A stretch of 64,000 nt of DNA, taken from NCBI GenBank assembly GCA_052346145.1, contig DAWDVX010000002.1, forward strand, positions 6,671-70,670, in the 5' to 3' direction. The DNA comes from Collinsella sp. GTDB lineage: Bacteria > Actinomycetota > Coriobacteriia > Coriobacteriales > Coriobacteriaceae. The translations under genes were made by a program, and so were the position numbers. Positions 1 through 8,603 of the stretch are shown here, in pieces. Position 1 is the first letter of the stretch. Each line of letters begins with the position of its first letter. The notes below the pieces were generated by a model that was given only the letters and a program-made list of their open reading frames with translations, searched no databases and was not told the DNA's origin.

Positions 1-486
1 ACGAACCGCACTTACGATGCGATCGCGCTCGAGCGCATGCGAACGCAGCTGGCGCAGGTCGGTCGAATGGCACACGGCAACAACCGGCACGCCCCGGACG
101 CACTCGCGCGCCAATGCGGTCACCAGATACAGGTGATGGCAGATCACCAGATCGGGCCGAAACTCAGCCACCGCCCGATCGATTGCAGCAGCAAATGCCC
201 GCTCAAATGCCTTGAGCATCGAAGGCGTCAGGTCACGATAGCGTGTAGAGGGATAGGGCATGACATCGGACATACCGCAGATGGGAAACGGCAGCTCGGC
301 CGACTCGAACGGTACGGCAAACACGGCAGCACGCCGGTCCAGCTCGCCTTGGGTATCACCCGGCGCCGCACCGCAAAGCACGGCGGCGCGATGCCCCGTC
401 TCGATCTGCTCGCGCACAAGCGCGGCAAGGTAGGTGCCGCTGCCGGTGCTATCTGGTTTTTGTGCCGTGATATTGAGGATGCGCAT
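1..486 (-). CDS. Glycosyltransferase family 4 (GT-B) protein, N-terminal part (runs off the window)
   Basis: Read manually from ATG at 486: MRILNITAQKPDSTGSGTYLAALVREQIETGHRAAVLCG...FRPDLVICHHLYL...VAVCHSTDL, a typical GT4 N-terminal domain. Missing from the ORF track because it is truncated. Confidence 0.75.
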   Translation of the reverse strand, partial: MRILNITAQKPDSTGSGTYLAALVREQIETGHRAAVLCGAAPGDTQGELDRRAAVFAVPFESAELPFPICGMSDVMPYPSTRYRDLTPSMLKAFERAFAAAIDRAVAEFRPDLVICHHLYLVTALARECVRGVPVVAVCHSTDLRQLRSHALERDRIVSAVR

Positions 487-500
487 GTCGCGGTACACCC

Positions 501-1265
501 CTAGGCCAAGGCGGCGGCGCGGACAGCGGCGCCGATCGCTCCGGCAAAGCGAGCCTGGGGCGAGGTGGTCACCGGCGAACCCAGCAGCTCGCCCAGACGC
601 TCCACCACATAGGCGTTCTCGCACAGACCACCGGTCAGATAGTACGGGGCGCCCGCAGCCTGCCCGGCCATGGTCGCCACGCGCGAGACCACGCTGTCGA
701 TCACGCCACGCGCAATGTTCTCGCGCGGCTCGCCGCGACCGATCAGGCTGATGACCTCGCTTTCGGCAAACACCGTGCACATGCTGCTGATCTTGGTGGG
801 CTCGCCGGAACGCGCCAGGTCGGCCATCTGCTGCTGGGAAATGCCTAGGCGGTCGGCCATGATCTCCAAAAAGCGCCCCGTGCCGGCGGCGCACTTATCG
901 TTCATGGCAAACTTGGCCACGCGGCCACTTTTAAGCTGAATGACCTTGGTATCCTGACCGCCCACATCGATCACCGTGCCGTGATCGCCAAACAGGCGCA
1001 CGGCACCGGTGCCGTGGCAGGTGATCTCGGTCACGACCTTGTGCGCATAGGGCACGGTGACACGACCGTAGCCGGTCGCGATCACGCGCACGTCGTCGGC
1101 AGCCACGTCATAGCCAGCCGCGGCAAGCTCGCCGCGCAGCCGCTCGGAAGCATCGACCGAGGAGAACCCGGTTGGCTGCACGCACGTCCACGCCACCGAA
1201 CCCTCCCCATCGACCACAGCGGCCTTAGCCGCCGTAGACCCGATATCGATCCCGATCCCTATCAT
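501..1265 (-). CDS. Acyl-CoA dehydratase activase / DCCP reductase (HgdC/YjiL-type ASKHA ATPase with [4Fe-4S])
   Basis: Motifs GIDIGSTAAK, ATGYGR, EITCH, DVGGQDTK, MNDKCAAGTGRFLE, ISSMCTVFAESEVISL. Confidence 0.93.
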   Translation of the reverse strand: MIGIGIDIGSTAAKAAVVDGEGSVAWTCVQPTGFSSVDASERLRGELAAAGYDVAADDVRVIATGYGRVTVPYAHKVVTEITCHGTGAVRLFGDHGTVIDVGGQDTKVIQLKSGRVAKFAMNDKCAAGTGRFLEIMADRLGISQQQMADLARSGEPTKISSMCTVFAESEVISLIGRGEPRENIARGVIDSVVSRVATMAGQAAGAPYYLTGGLCENAYVVERLGELLGSPVTTSPQARFAGAIGAAVRAAALA

Positions 1266-1319
1266 GGCTCTCTCCCAATCTAAACATCAAAGGTAGCGGC
1301 GCGTTCAGGCGCCTTAGCT

Positions 1320-1424
1320 CTAGGTTTCTCAGGTGCCGTAGATTGCCCCGAAAGAGGAGCGCAGCGTACTTTGGGTACGCAAGCGACGGTTTGAGGAGCA
1401 AGATCCGGTGCCTGAGGAAGCTAG
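1320..1424 (+). repeat. Structured intergenic palindromic element, family A, copy 1
   Basis: Outer stem, GAAAGA, inner hairpin GCGTAC-TTTGG-GTACGC, GACGGTTTGA, outer stem. Homologous to 2622-2723 and 18065-18163. Confidence 0.8.
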
Positions 1425-2584
1425 AGGGTTTCGATGAAGGCGGCGATGCGCGTCTCGATCTGACCCATGTCGCCGTTGCTGTAATCGGTCTCGATCTTCA
1501 TATACGGAATACCCGCACCCTCGACAGCCTCCTGCATGCGCGCACTCTCCACGTTAAAGGTGTGGCAGGCCTGCAGCACGCTCTCTACCACGCCATCGAC
1601 GTGATACTTCTCGCACATGGCCAGCGTGTTTTCCATACGATCGTCGTTGGGCGTCATGACCGAGCAGTTGATATCCAGGTAGCGGTCGGCGATGGCGCGA
1701 AGGATGTCGGGAGCCTCCGGGTCGATCATCATGGCCGCCGTGCGCTCTCCCGAGCAGTCGTCCATGCACACGACCACACCGCCGTTGGACTCGATGGTGC
1801 GACCGATCTTGTTGATCACACCGCCCACAGGGCAACCGGTGATCAGAATGCGCTTGGCATCCGCTGCAACCGGGCGCTCACCTGTGTCGTAGGCCTCGCG
1901 CAGCTTGGCAACCTTTTGCTCCAGCTGCTGCGTATAGGCCTCGATATCAAAGCTAAACGTACCGGCAAACATGGTGCTCATCAGGTCGACGCCGCTCATG
2001 GCCGCCGGCTGGTTGGCCTGCAGCGCAAACATCTCGAGCTGGGCCGCACGCAAGCGGTTGCGACGACGGACGGCAGCGCGCAGGTCATCGTCGGTAATCG
2101 TGATGCCGTAGAAACCCTCGAGCTCCTCCTTGAGCAGGCGGCACTCCTCGTACCAGCCTTCAAGCTCGTAGGCGCGATCGCGACCCTGCGGCAGGTGCAG
2201 AATGTGCGTGCGCTTGAGCTCGTTGAGTAGCTCGTACATCTTCTTCTTGCCGTCGCAGGTGGTCTCGCCGATGATCATGTCGCTAAAGTACGTAAACGGG
2301 CACTTTTGCGAGTAGGCAAAACCGTAGGTCGACTTGATGAGCGGGCAGAGGTTTGCCGGCAGCACCTTCTCGGCCTCGGGAATCACCTCGTCGGACGTGC
2401 CGCACAGCGCCACGCTCGCAGCCCCCGCGGCATCGATAATCTCGAGCGGCGTGTAGCTGCACAGAAAACCGACCAGGCGATTACCCGCCTGCTTATAATC
2501 CTTGACGCGAATAAACGCCGCCTTGCGCTGCTCGTTGAACTCCTCAAACGTGGATGGCAACGGCTGCTCCATATTTTCCGACAT
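1421..2584 (-). CDS. Double-cubane-cluster anaerobic reductase / 2-hydroxyacyl-CoA dehydratase D-component family (YjiM-like)
   Basis: Start reassigned to MSENMEQ (GGAG RBS). Motifs [56 protein letters not shown]. Confidence 0.88.
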   Translation of the reverse strand: MSENMEQPLPSTFEEFNEQRKAAFIRVKDYKQAGNRLVGFLCSYTPLEIIDAAGAASVALCGTSDEVIPEAEKVLPANLCPLIKSTYGFAYSQKCPFTYFSDMIIGETTCDGKKKMYELLNELKRTHILHLPQGRDRAYELEGWYEECRLLKEELEGFYGITITDDDLRAAVRRRNRLRAAQLEMFALQANQPAAMSGVDLMSTMFAGTFSFDIEAYTQQLEQKVAKLREAYDTGERPVAADAKRILITGCPVGGVINKIGRTIESNGGVVVCMDDCSGERTAAMMIDPEAPDILRAIADRYLDINCSVMTPNDDRMENTLAMCEKYHVDGVVESVLQACHTFNVESARMQEAVEGAGIPYMKIETDYSNGDMGQIETRIAAFIETL

Positions 2585-2621
2585 ATAACTCCTTAACAAA
2601 CCTTTTGACCAACCAAGGAAA

Positions 2622-2723
2622 CGGCTTTCCCAGGTGCCCGAGGTTGCCGTGAAAGAGAAGCGCCGCGTACTTTGGTACGCAAACGATGGTTTGAACGGCA
2701 AGATCGGGTGCCTGGGGAAGCCG
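2622..2723 (+). repeat. Structured intergenic palindromic element, family A, copy 2
   Basis: Same architecture as 1320-1424 (GAAAGA...GCGTAC-TTTG-GTACGC...GATGGTTTGA). Confidence 0.8.
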
Positions 2724-2738
2724 CCGGGACGGATACCC

Positions 2739-4022
2739 CTAAATGGTTTCCAAGAAAGCTTCAATGCGCGTCTGCAGCTGGCCGGCGTCCTCACCGGCGT
2801 AGTCGGTCGTGATGTGCATAAACGGAATGCCGGCCTCCTCGGCGGCCTTCTCCACGGCAAACGATTCCATCTCGTAGAGCGTGCAGAACTGCAGGGCCAC
2901 GTCGACGATGCCGTCGGCATGCAGGTCCTTGGCCATCTGGACAATGTCCTTCATACGCTGGTCGTTGGGCGTAAAGACAGCGCAGTTGATCTTAAAGTAG
3001 CGCTCGGCGATGGCGTCGAGCATCTCGTCGACCGTCTCGCCGGACTCGTCGACCAGGTCCTTGTAGTAGCGCGAGCCCGTGCAGGACTCCTCGCCTACCA
3101 CAACGCCGCCGGCCTTCTCGATAAGGTTGAACAGTTTCCAGTTGGGCACGGCCATGGGCGTACCGGTGTACAGGATGCGCTTGGTGCCCTTGGGCGCCAC
3201 GCCCTCGCCAGCCTCAACGCGCTGCTCGCACTCAGCCGCCATATCGTTAATGGCTCCGGTCAGACGCGGCGTGTCATCCATAAAGGCGGCCTGAACGGTC
3301 AGCAGGCTGTCGAGACCGCTGATGGGCGCCGGATCGGCAGCGCGGGTCGCAGCCAGACGCTGCAGGGCGCGACGCTTCTCGTTGACGGCGTGGGTGGCAG
3401 CCTTCAGGCGCTCGGGCGTAATCTTGACGCCGCACTCGTCCTCGATCTTGGCCGCGAGCTTCTTGACCTCGGCCTTCCAGGTCACGAGCGTCGACTCGTC
3501 GTGCACGTTGGGGATATCCATGACGTACATGTTCTTTTGCGTGGCAAAGAACTCGTAGGCCTTCTTCTTGCCATCGCAGGTGTTCTCGCCCACCACCAGG
3601 TCGCTCGACTCAATGTAGGGGCAGACCTCGCCCAGCTTAAAGCCGGCAAAGCTCTTAATGAGCGGACAGGTGTTGCGCGGCAGATGCTCCTCGACCTTGT
3701 CGGTCGCCCAGTCGGCACCCGAGCACAGGCCCACAGGAATGCCGTCACAGGCAAGTACGATCTCCTCGGGCACGTAGACGCAGAACGAACCGACGATCTT
3801 GGTGGCCTCGCCGGCCTCCTTCTTGTCGAGCATCTCCTTAATACGGCCACTGTGGATGTTGGTGGCGACAAAATCCAGGTAGGACGTGGACTTGGGGCGA
3901 TTATTCTGCGTCAGGAACATATCGCCGTACATCTGGCCCACGGCGCCCAGCAGCATGTCGTGGTCGGCAAGATTCATGCCGAGGCTCTCCCACATCGGAT
4001 GGAAATCAAATTCTTCAGCCAT
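2739..4022 (-). CDS. Double-cubane-cluster anaerobic reductase (DCCP-like, 2-hydroxyacyl-CoA dehydratase family), second paralogue
   Basis: Motifs [60 protein letters not shown]. Confidence 0.9.
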   Translation of the reverse strand: MAEEFDFHPMWESLGMNLADHDMLLGAVGQMYGDMFLTQNNRPKSTSYLDFVATNIHSGRIKEMLDKKEAGEATKIVGSFCVYVPEEIVLACDGIPVGLCSGADWATDKVEEHLPRNTCPLIKSFAGFKLGEVCPYIESSDLVVGENTCDGKKKAYEFFATQKNMYVMDIPNVHDESTLVTWKAEVKKLAAKIEDECGVKITPERLKAATHAVNEKRRALQRLAATRAADPAPISGLDSLLTVQAAFMDDTPRLTGAINDMAAECEQRVEAGEGVAPKGTKRILYTGTPMAVPNWKLFNLIEKAGGVVVGEESCTGSRYYKDLVDESGETVDEMLDAIAERYFKINCAVFTPNDQRMKDIVQMAKDLHADGIVDVALQFCTLYEMESFAVEKAAEEAGIPFMHITTDYAGEDAGQLQTRIEAFLETI

Positions 4023-4181
4023 GACGGTTCCCCTCTCGAACCAAAAACGGATAACAGCGGTATCGATGCACGACGGACGGCGATTGCCCGGCCGTGCTCA
4101 AACCCGGAATTTTGGGGAACCTGCTTTGCAGCTGATTATTTAGTTGTGCGTCGTCTCTCCCGGAGCCGTGAACATACCTGC

Positions 4182-4250
4182 TCATATGCGACTCCGAGCC
4201 ATATATAGGGCGCGCGCGGCAACGCGGCGAATGTATGTCGTCTGCGGCAT
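4182..4250 (-). CDS. Putative 22-aa upstream/leader peptide MPQTTYIRRVAARALYMARSRI
   Basis: AAGGAGG 8 nt before the ATG; lies in the leader of the DCCP operon. Confidence 0.4.
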   Translation of the reverse strand: MPQTTYIRRVAARALYMARSRI

Positions 4251-4286
4251 ATGCGCACCCTCCTTTACAAGTTAAGGTCAACTATA

Positions 4287-4318
4287 TCAACGGTCGTCGA
4301 CCATGCGAACACCGTTGA
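4287..4318. promoter_or_regulatory. Inverted repeat TCAACGGT-N16-ACCGTTGA, possible operator or hairpin upstream of the DCCP operon
   Basis: Perfect 8-bp arms between modC and the uORF. Confidence 0.3.
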
Positions 4319-4451
4319 CATTCGTACGACAGCGTCGTGTGCCGTCGTTTAATAAATAATTATCTGTGTTGATAAGAGTTTGTCATCCATCATTCGGCGA
4401 ACGGCAAGACAAAGCCGCCGAGGCTTATATCCCCGACGGCATTACCCGGCG

Positions 4452-5522
4452 CTATCGACAAACCAAATGGATCTTACTCGCATCGAAGTGCATGCGCAGC
4501 GTCTCGCCTGCTTGCGGCAGCTCGTCGACAGGCACGCCCACCTTGTTGACCTTCCACTGCAGACGTGTGGGCGCATCGACGCGCGGCACGTCCAGCAGCA
4601 CCAGCCGCTCAAAGCGCGAATCGCTCACACGGGCCACGTGCAAATCATAGCTGTTGCGGCCCCGCTCCGCGCGATTGTCAACATGGAAGTAGCTTGCGCG
4701 AATGCCCAGGTACGCCACATCATCGGGAACCTCGCGACCCACGTTAAAGGTCATGCCCCAGTCGAGGGCCTCAACTTCTTCGTCGCCGATCTTGCGCGCC
4801 CGGCTTGTGTTCTTGCAGCCCGTCAAGCGCAGCGCCGCCAGCGTCTGCGGGCGGCGGACCACGTCCTCGACGGAGCCGATCTCCTCGACATGCCCGTCGT
4901 GCATCACGCAGATGCGCTGGCAGAGGCGGCATGCTTCGTCGATGTCGTGACTCACATAGAGCACGGTGCGGTTGCACACATCGAACAGGTCGAGCATGTT
5001 CTGCTCGAGGGCACTCTTAAGATAGGAATCGAGTGCGCTCATGGGCTCGTCGAACATAAAAATGCCCGGGTGTGCCGCCACCATGCGGGCAAGCGCCACA
5101 CGTTGCTGCTGACCGCCCGAGAGTCGCGCGGGATAGCGGTCGGCAAAATCCGCCAGACCGAAAATGCCCAGATAGCGCTCGGCGAGCTTTTTGCGCGCGG
5201 CGGCGTCGCCCGCATCCTTTACGCCGGCGCATACGTTATCGGCCACCGTCATGTTGGGAAACAGCTGATAGTTTTGGAACAACAGGGCGCATTTTCGCTC
5301 CTGGGGGGACAGGTTGATGCCCGCCGCCGAGTCAAAAAAGGTCACGCCGTTGACGGCGATCTTGCCCTCGTCGGGCGTCTCCACGCCAGCGATGCAGCGC
5401 AGCGTACAGCTCTTGCCGCAACCCGAGGCGCCCAGCAGCGCCACGCGCTCCTCGCCGGCCTCAAGCTGCATGTCGAGCATAAACCCGGGATAACGTTTCT
5501 TAATATCCAAAACGAGCGACAT
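4452..5522 (-). CDS. modC: Molybdate ABC transporter ATP-binding protein
   Basis: Walker [17 protein letters not shown] signature, DEP Walker B, VSHD; in an operon with modA and modB. Confidence 0.88.
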   Translation of the reverse strand: MSLVLDIKKRYPGFMLDMQLEAGEERVALLGASGCGKSCTLRCIAGVETPDEGKIAVNGVTFFDSAAGINLSPQERKCALLFQNYQLFPNMTVADNVCAGVKDAGDAAARKKLAERYLGIFGLADFADRYPARLSGGQQQRVALARMVAAHPGIFMFDEPMSALDSYLKSALEQNMLDLFDVCNRTVLYVSHDIDEACRLCQRICVMHDGHVEEIGSVEDVVRRPQTLAALRLTGCKNTSRARKIGDEEVEALDWGMTFNVGREVPDDVAYLGIRASYFHVDNRAERGRNSYDLHVARVSDSRFERLVLLDVPRVDAPTRLQWKVNKVGVPVDELPQAGETLRMHFDASKIHLVCR

Positions 5523-5525
5523 AGC

Positions 5526-6950
5526 TTATCGACCTCCCTGCGGCGCCGCATCATCGCGCATAAGCTCGACCAGCGCCTCGCGATCGATACGCAGGGCATC
5601 GCCGCCCGCCGGGTCGAGTGAATCGCCCTGTCCGGCGAGATCTTTGGCCTGCTTACGTTCCGCACGGGAAAGGCCACGCTCGCGGTATTTTTGCGAATGC
5701 GCCGTGTACATGTTGATGAACAGGATGACTAGGAAGCTGAACGCTATTACGACCACGACCCAAAAGAGGGCCACCGACGTATTGCCGCCCATCCACTCAA
5801 AATAGATGGCGATGGGAATGGTCTGCGTAATACCGGCGTAGTTGCCCGCAAAGAACAGGGTGCAGCCAAACTCGCCCATTGCGCGGGCAAAGGCGAGCAC
5901 CGTGCCGGCGGCAATCGAGGGCCAGCCGAGCGGCATCATAAGCCTGGTAAAGATGCGGCGCTCGGACCATCCCAGGGTTCGCGCCGCATCGAGCATCTGC
6001 GTGTCGAGGCTCTCGAAGGCTCCGAGCGCCGTGCGGTAGACGAGCGGGAACGACACCACCACGGCAGAGATCACCGCCGCCGGCCAGGTAAAGACAACCG
6101 AGATACCGTGCGCGATGAGCCACTGGCCCACCCCGGTCGAGCGGCCAAACAGCATAAGGAGCAGAAAGCCGCAGACCGTGGGCGGCAGCACCATAGGAAT
6201 CGTAAAGACCGAATCGAGCAGGCCCTTGATGCGACTCGTCGTACCCATGGTCTTCCATGCGGCAAACAGGCCCAGCGCAAACGCGATTACCAGGGCAAGT
6301 CCGCTCGTTTTGATGGACACCCAAAACGGACGATAGTCGATGTCGCCCAAAAAGGAGACCAGAGAGGTCAAGGGCCCTTGCTCATCCCGCAACATGACAG
6401 ACGACGCCTCTACCATTTGAGCGCTATCAAGCCAACGCGCGCCGCCCTTGGCATCACCCGAGGCTGATGCAATCACCACATAGCGGTCCCCATCCGCACC
6501 GCGCTCATCAAAGCCATAGGTATACCCACCGGCATCAAACGTTGTTTCCGCCGTGACATACCAAGGAAGATTCACGTCCCCTAGCTGCGCACCTCCCATG
6601 CAGTTTGCGCTGTCGAGCTTACAGACGAGGGCCTTGAGACCCGATACGCACTCGTTGTCCTGCGGATCCAACCCATACTTCTCGACCGCCTTGGGCGATA
6701 TCCACACCACAACGCGATCGGCAGCAGGCGCCACTACAAGGTCCACGTCCTCGTCAACGGGAAACCGGTAGCCCTCAGGCTGGCCTTCCATGGCACGAGC
6801 GGTCCCCTTGGCCAACCGCTCAAAACCCTCGATCCCATAGGAAAGCCCATGAGCGGTCGCAGCAACCTGGGCCCCGTCCTCAGCATCCCCAGCCAAAGCA
6901 AATCCCGGCACCCAGCAAAGCGCGAAGGTCAAAGCACAGGCGACAAGCAT
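5526..6950 (-). CDS. modB: Molybdate ABC transporter permease with a ~200-aa N-terminal extension
   Basis: C-terminal half has PMVLPPTVCGF, AARTLG, FARAMGEFG, TQTIPIAIY. Start at ATG 6950 (MLVACAL...) is inferred. Confidence 0.85.
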   Translation of the reverse strand: MLVACALTFALCWVPGFALAGDAEDGAQVAATAHGLSYGIEGFERLAKGTARAMEGQPEGYRFPVDEDVDLVVAPAADRVVVWISPKAVEKYGLDPQDNECVSGLKALVCKLDSANCMGGAQLGDVNLPWYVTAETTFDAGGYTYGFDERGADGDRYVVIASASGDAKGGARWLDSAQMVEASSVMLRDEQGPLTSLVSFLGDIDYRPFWVSIKTSGLALVIAFALGLFAAWKTMGTTSRIKGLLDSVFTIPMVLPPTVCGFLLLMLFGRSTGVGQWLIAHGISVVFTWPAAVISAVVVSFPLVYRTALGAFESLDTQMLDAARTLGWSERRIFTRLMMPLGWPSIAAGTVLAFARAMGEFGCTLFFAGNYAGITQTIPIAIYFEWMGGNTSVALFWVVVVIAFSFLVILFINMYTAHSQKYRERGLSRAERKQAKDLAGQGDSLDPAGGDALRIDREALVELMRDDAAPQGGR

Positions 6951-7036
6951 GCGGAATCTATTAAGCACGAAAAGCTTCAAGCGAATACAAGGACGGAGTG
7001 AAACACAAAACGATGGAATTATCGCGCCAAGCCGCA

Positions 7037-7915
7037 CTACGCGGAAAGCTCAAAGCCGTATTTGGCCCAAATCTTCTGGGCCTTCTTGTTGGACAGGCAA
7101 AAGTCGATAAATGCCTTGGCCTCGTCGGCGTGCTCGGAGCCATCGGCGACAGCACCCGGGTACACGATGGGCTTGTGCGAATCCTCGGGGCACACGAAGG
7201 CTTCCTCGATGCCGTCGTAGCGGAAGATATCGGAGCTGTAGACAAAGCCAGCCACGCAGTCGCCTGTGGACACATAGGCGGCGGCGGTGCCCACCTTATC
7301 GGCCAGGGCTACCTTGTCGGCGAGCTCGGGCGTGTACTCGCCGTCGTCGCCCTCGGTGCCGGTATAGAGACCCACAGAAGCCAGCGCCTGGTTGGCGTAC
7401 TTGCCGGCGGGAACGGTCTTAGCGTCGCCGATGGCGATCTTGCCGTCCAGGTTCGCGACGTCCGCGATGGCCTCGACCTTAGTATCGGAGCCCTCGGCGC
7501 GAACGATGACAAGGTCGTTGACAAACATGTCCTCACGCGTATCGGCGTCGATGAGCTCGGCGGTCTCGGCGTCATCCATGGTGCTCTTGGAGGCCGTGAT
7601 GAGCACGTCAACCGCAGCACCGGCGCGCGTCTGCTCGACAAGGTCCCCGGACGCTTTGAACTGCGTGTCGGCAAACGTGGTACCGGTCTGCTCGGTGTAG
7701 AGCTCCTGAACCTCGGGCAGAGCCTTCTCGAGCGAATTGGCAGCAAAGATCTGCAGCTCAACAGCCTTCTTGGAAGATGCCTTAGCAGAACCGGCATCGG
7801 AACCAGCGGGCTCGGACGTCTTTTTGCCCGAGCAGCCAGCAAGGCCAAAGCCGGCGACAGCGGCAACAGAAAGCGAGACAAAACCGCGGCGTGAAACCAT
7901 ATCGAACATGTTCAA
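7037..7915 (-). CDS. modA: Molybdate ABC transporter substrate-binding lipoprotein (Tat-like signal)
   Basis: SRRGFV plus LAGC lipobox; FAANSL, ASGDL, TVPAGKYA, FVYSSD, HKPIVYP. Confidence 0.9.
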   Translation of the reverse strand: MNMFDMVSRRGFVSLSVAAVAGFGLAGCSGKKTSEPAGSDAGSAKASSKKAVELQIFAANSLEKALPEVQELYTEQTGTTFADTQFKASGDLVEQTRAGAAVDVLITASKSTMDDAETAELIDADTREDMFVNDLVIVRAEGSDTKVEAIADVANLDGKIAIGDAKTVPAGKYANQALASVGLYTGTEGDDGEYTPELADKVALADKVGTAAAYVSTGDCVAGFVYSSDIFRYDGIEEAFVCPEDSHKPIVYPGAVADGSEHADEAKAFIDFCLSNKKAQKIWAKYGFELSA

Positions 7916-8065
7916 CCCTTTCGGACCTTGTGCCCGGGTACCCCACCGCAGGCTTTATTCTGTAATAAGATTATACTTCGGTGCGAATAATGTTTATGAT
8001 AAATATCTCTCGCCTGATAATTTTCTTTTACCGAAAACACGAGACGTCCCACACTGCCGCTGCAT

Positions 8066-8100
8066 AAAAAGGGCGGAGCGACTCGCAAGGTCGCTCCGCC
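8066..8100 (-). terminator. Intrinsic terminator after the mog/moaB-like gene
   Basis: GGCGGAGCGAC-loop-GTCGCTCCGCC hairpin with a T-run on the minus strand. Confidence 0.7.
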
Positions 8101-8113
8101 GCAGGTAAACCGC

Positions 8114-8593
8114 TTATTTGGCGTGCCCGCCGCCCGCCGTCATTTGGGCCGCATGCTCCAGCTGGTCGCCCACGGCCTCCCAGCTTTCGCGGGCCGCTTT
8201 CGTAGATCCCGGAAAGTTGATGACAAGTGTATACCCACGCTGCATGCACACGGCGCGCGAGAGCATAGCGCGGCGTGTCTTGGTCATGGAATACGCACGG
8301 ATTGCCTCTGCAATACCCGGCACATCGCGGTCGCAGACGGCACGCGTCGCCTCGGGCGTCACATCGCGCATCGAAAGCCCCGTACCGCCGCAAGTGAGTA
8401 CGACATTGGCGTGACACTCATCAGCGGCTTCCACAATGGCATCACCGATCTCGCTGGCGTCGTCGCGCACGACCACATGTGAGACGACCGTCCAGCCCTG
8501 CGCCTCGATAAGTTCCTCGAGTGCGGCTCCAGCCTCGTCCTGAGCAAGATCGCGCGTATCCGAGCACGTCACGATCGAAATCTTCAACTCCAT
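8114..8593 (-). CDS. Molybdenum cofactor synthesis domain protein (MogA/MoaB family)
   Basis: IVTCSD, TCGGTGLSMRDVTPEAT, AMLSRA, INFPGS; start MELKIS after a GAGG RBS. Confidence 0.9.
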   Translation of the reverse strand: MELKISIVTCSDTRDLAQDEAGAALEELIEAQGWTVVSHVVVRDDASEIGDAIVEAADECHANVVLTCGGTGLSMRDVTPEATRAVCDRDVPGIAEAIRAYSMTKTRRAMLSRAVCMQRGYTLVINFPGSTKAARESWEAVGDQLEHAAQMTAGGGHAK

Positions 8594-8603
8594 AGTCTTC
8601 CTC

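Noticed and set aside
1350..1398. Hammerhead ribozyme core in family A (GAAA ... TTGAGGA)
   Set aside because: The CUGANGA-like segment is not conserved in copies 2 and 3, and the stems do not fit a hammerhead.
2585..2944. 507-aa version of the second DCCP paralogue (fusion or overlap)
   Set aside because: The extension overlaps the upstream gene and reads through the family A repeat; a good RBS precedes ATG 2584.
7916..8060. Moco riboswitch or ModE site upstream of modA
   Set aside because: The region is AT-rich, but I could not match either consensus by eye.
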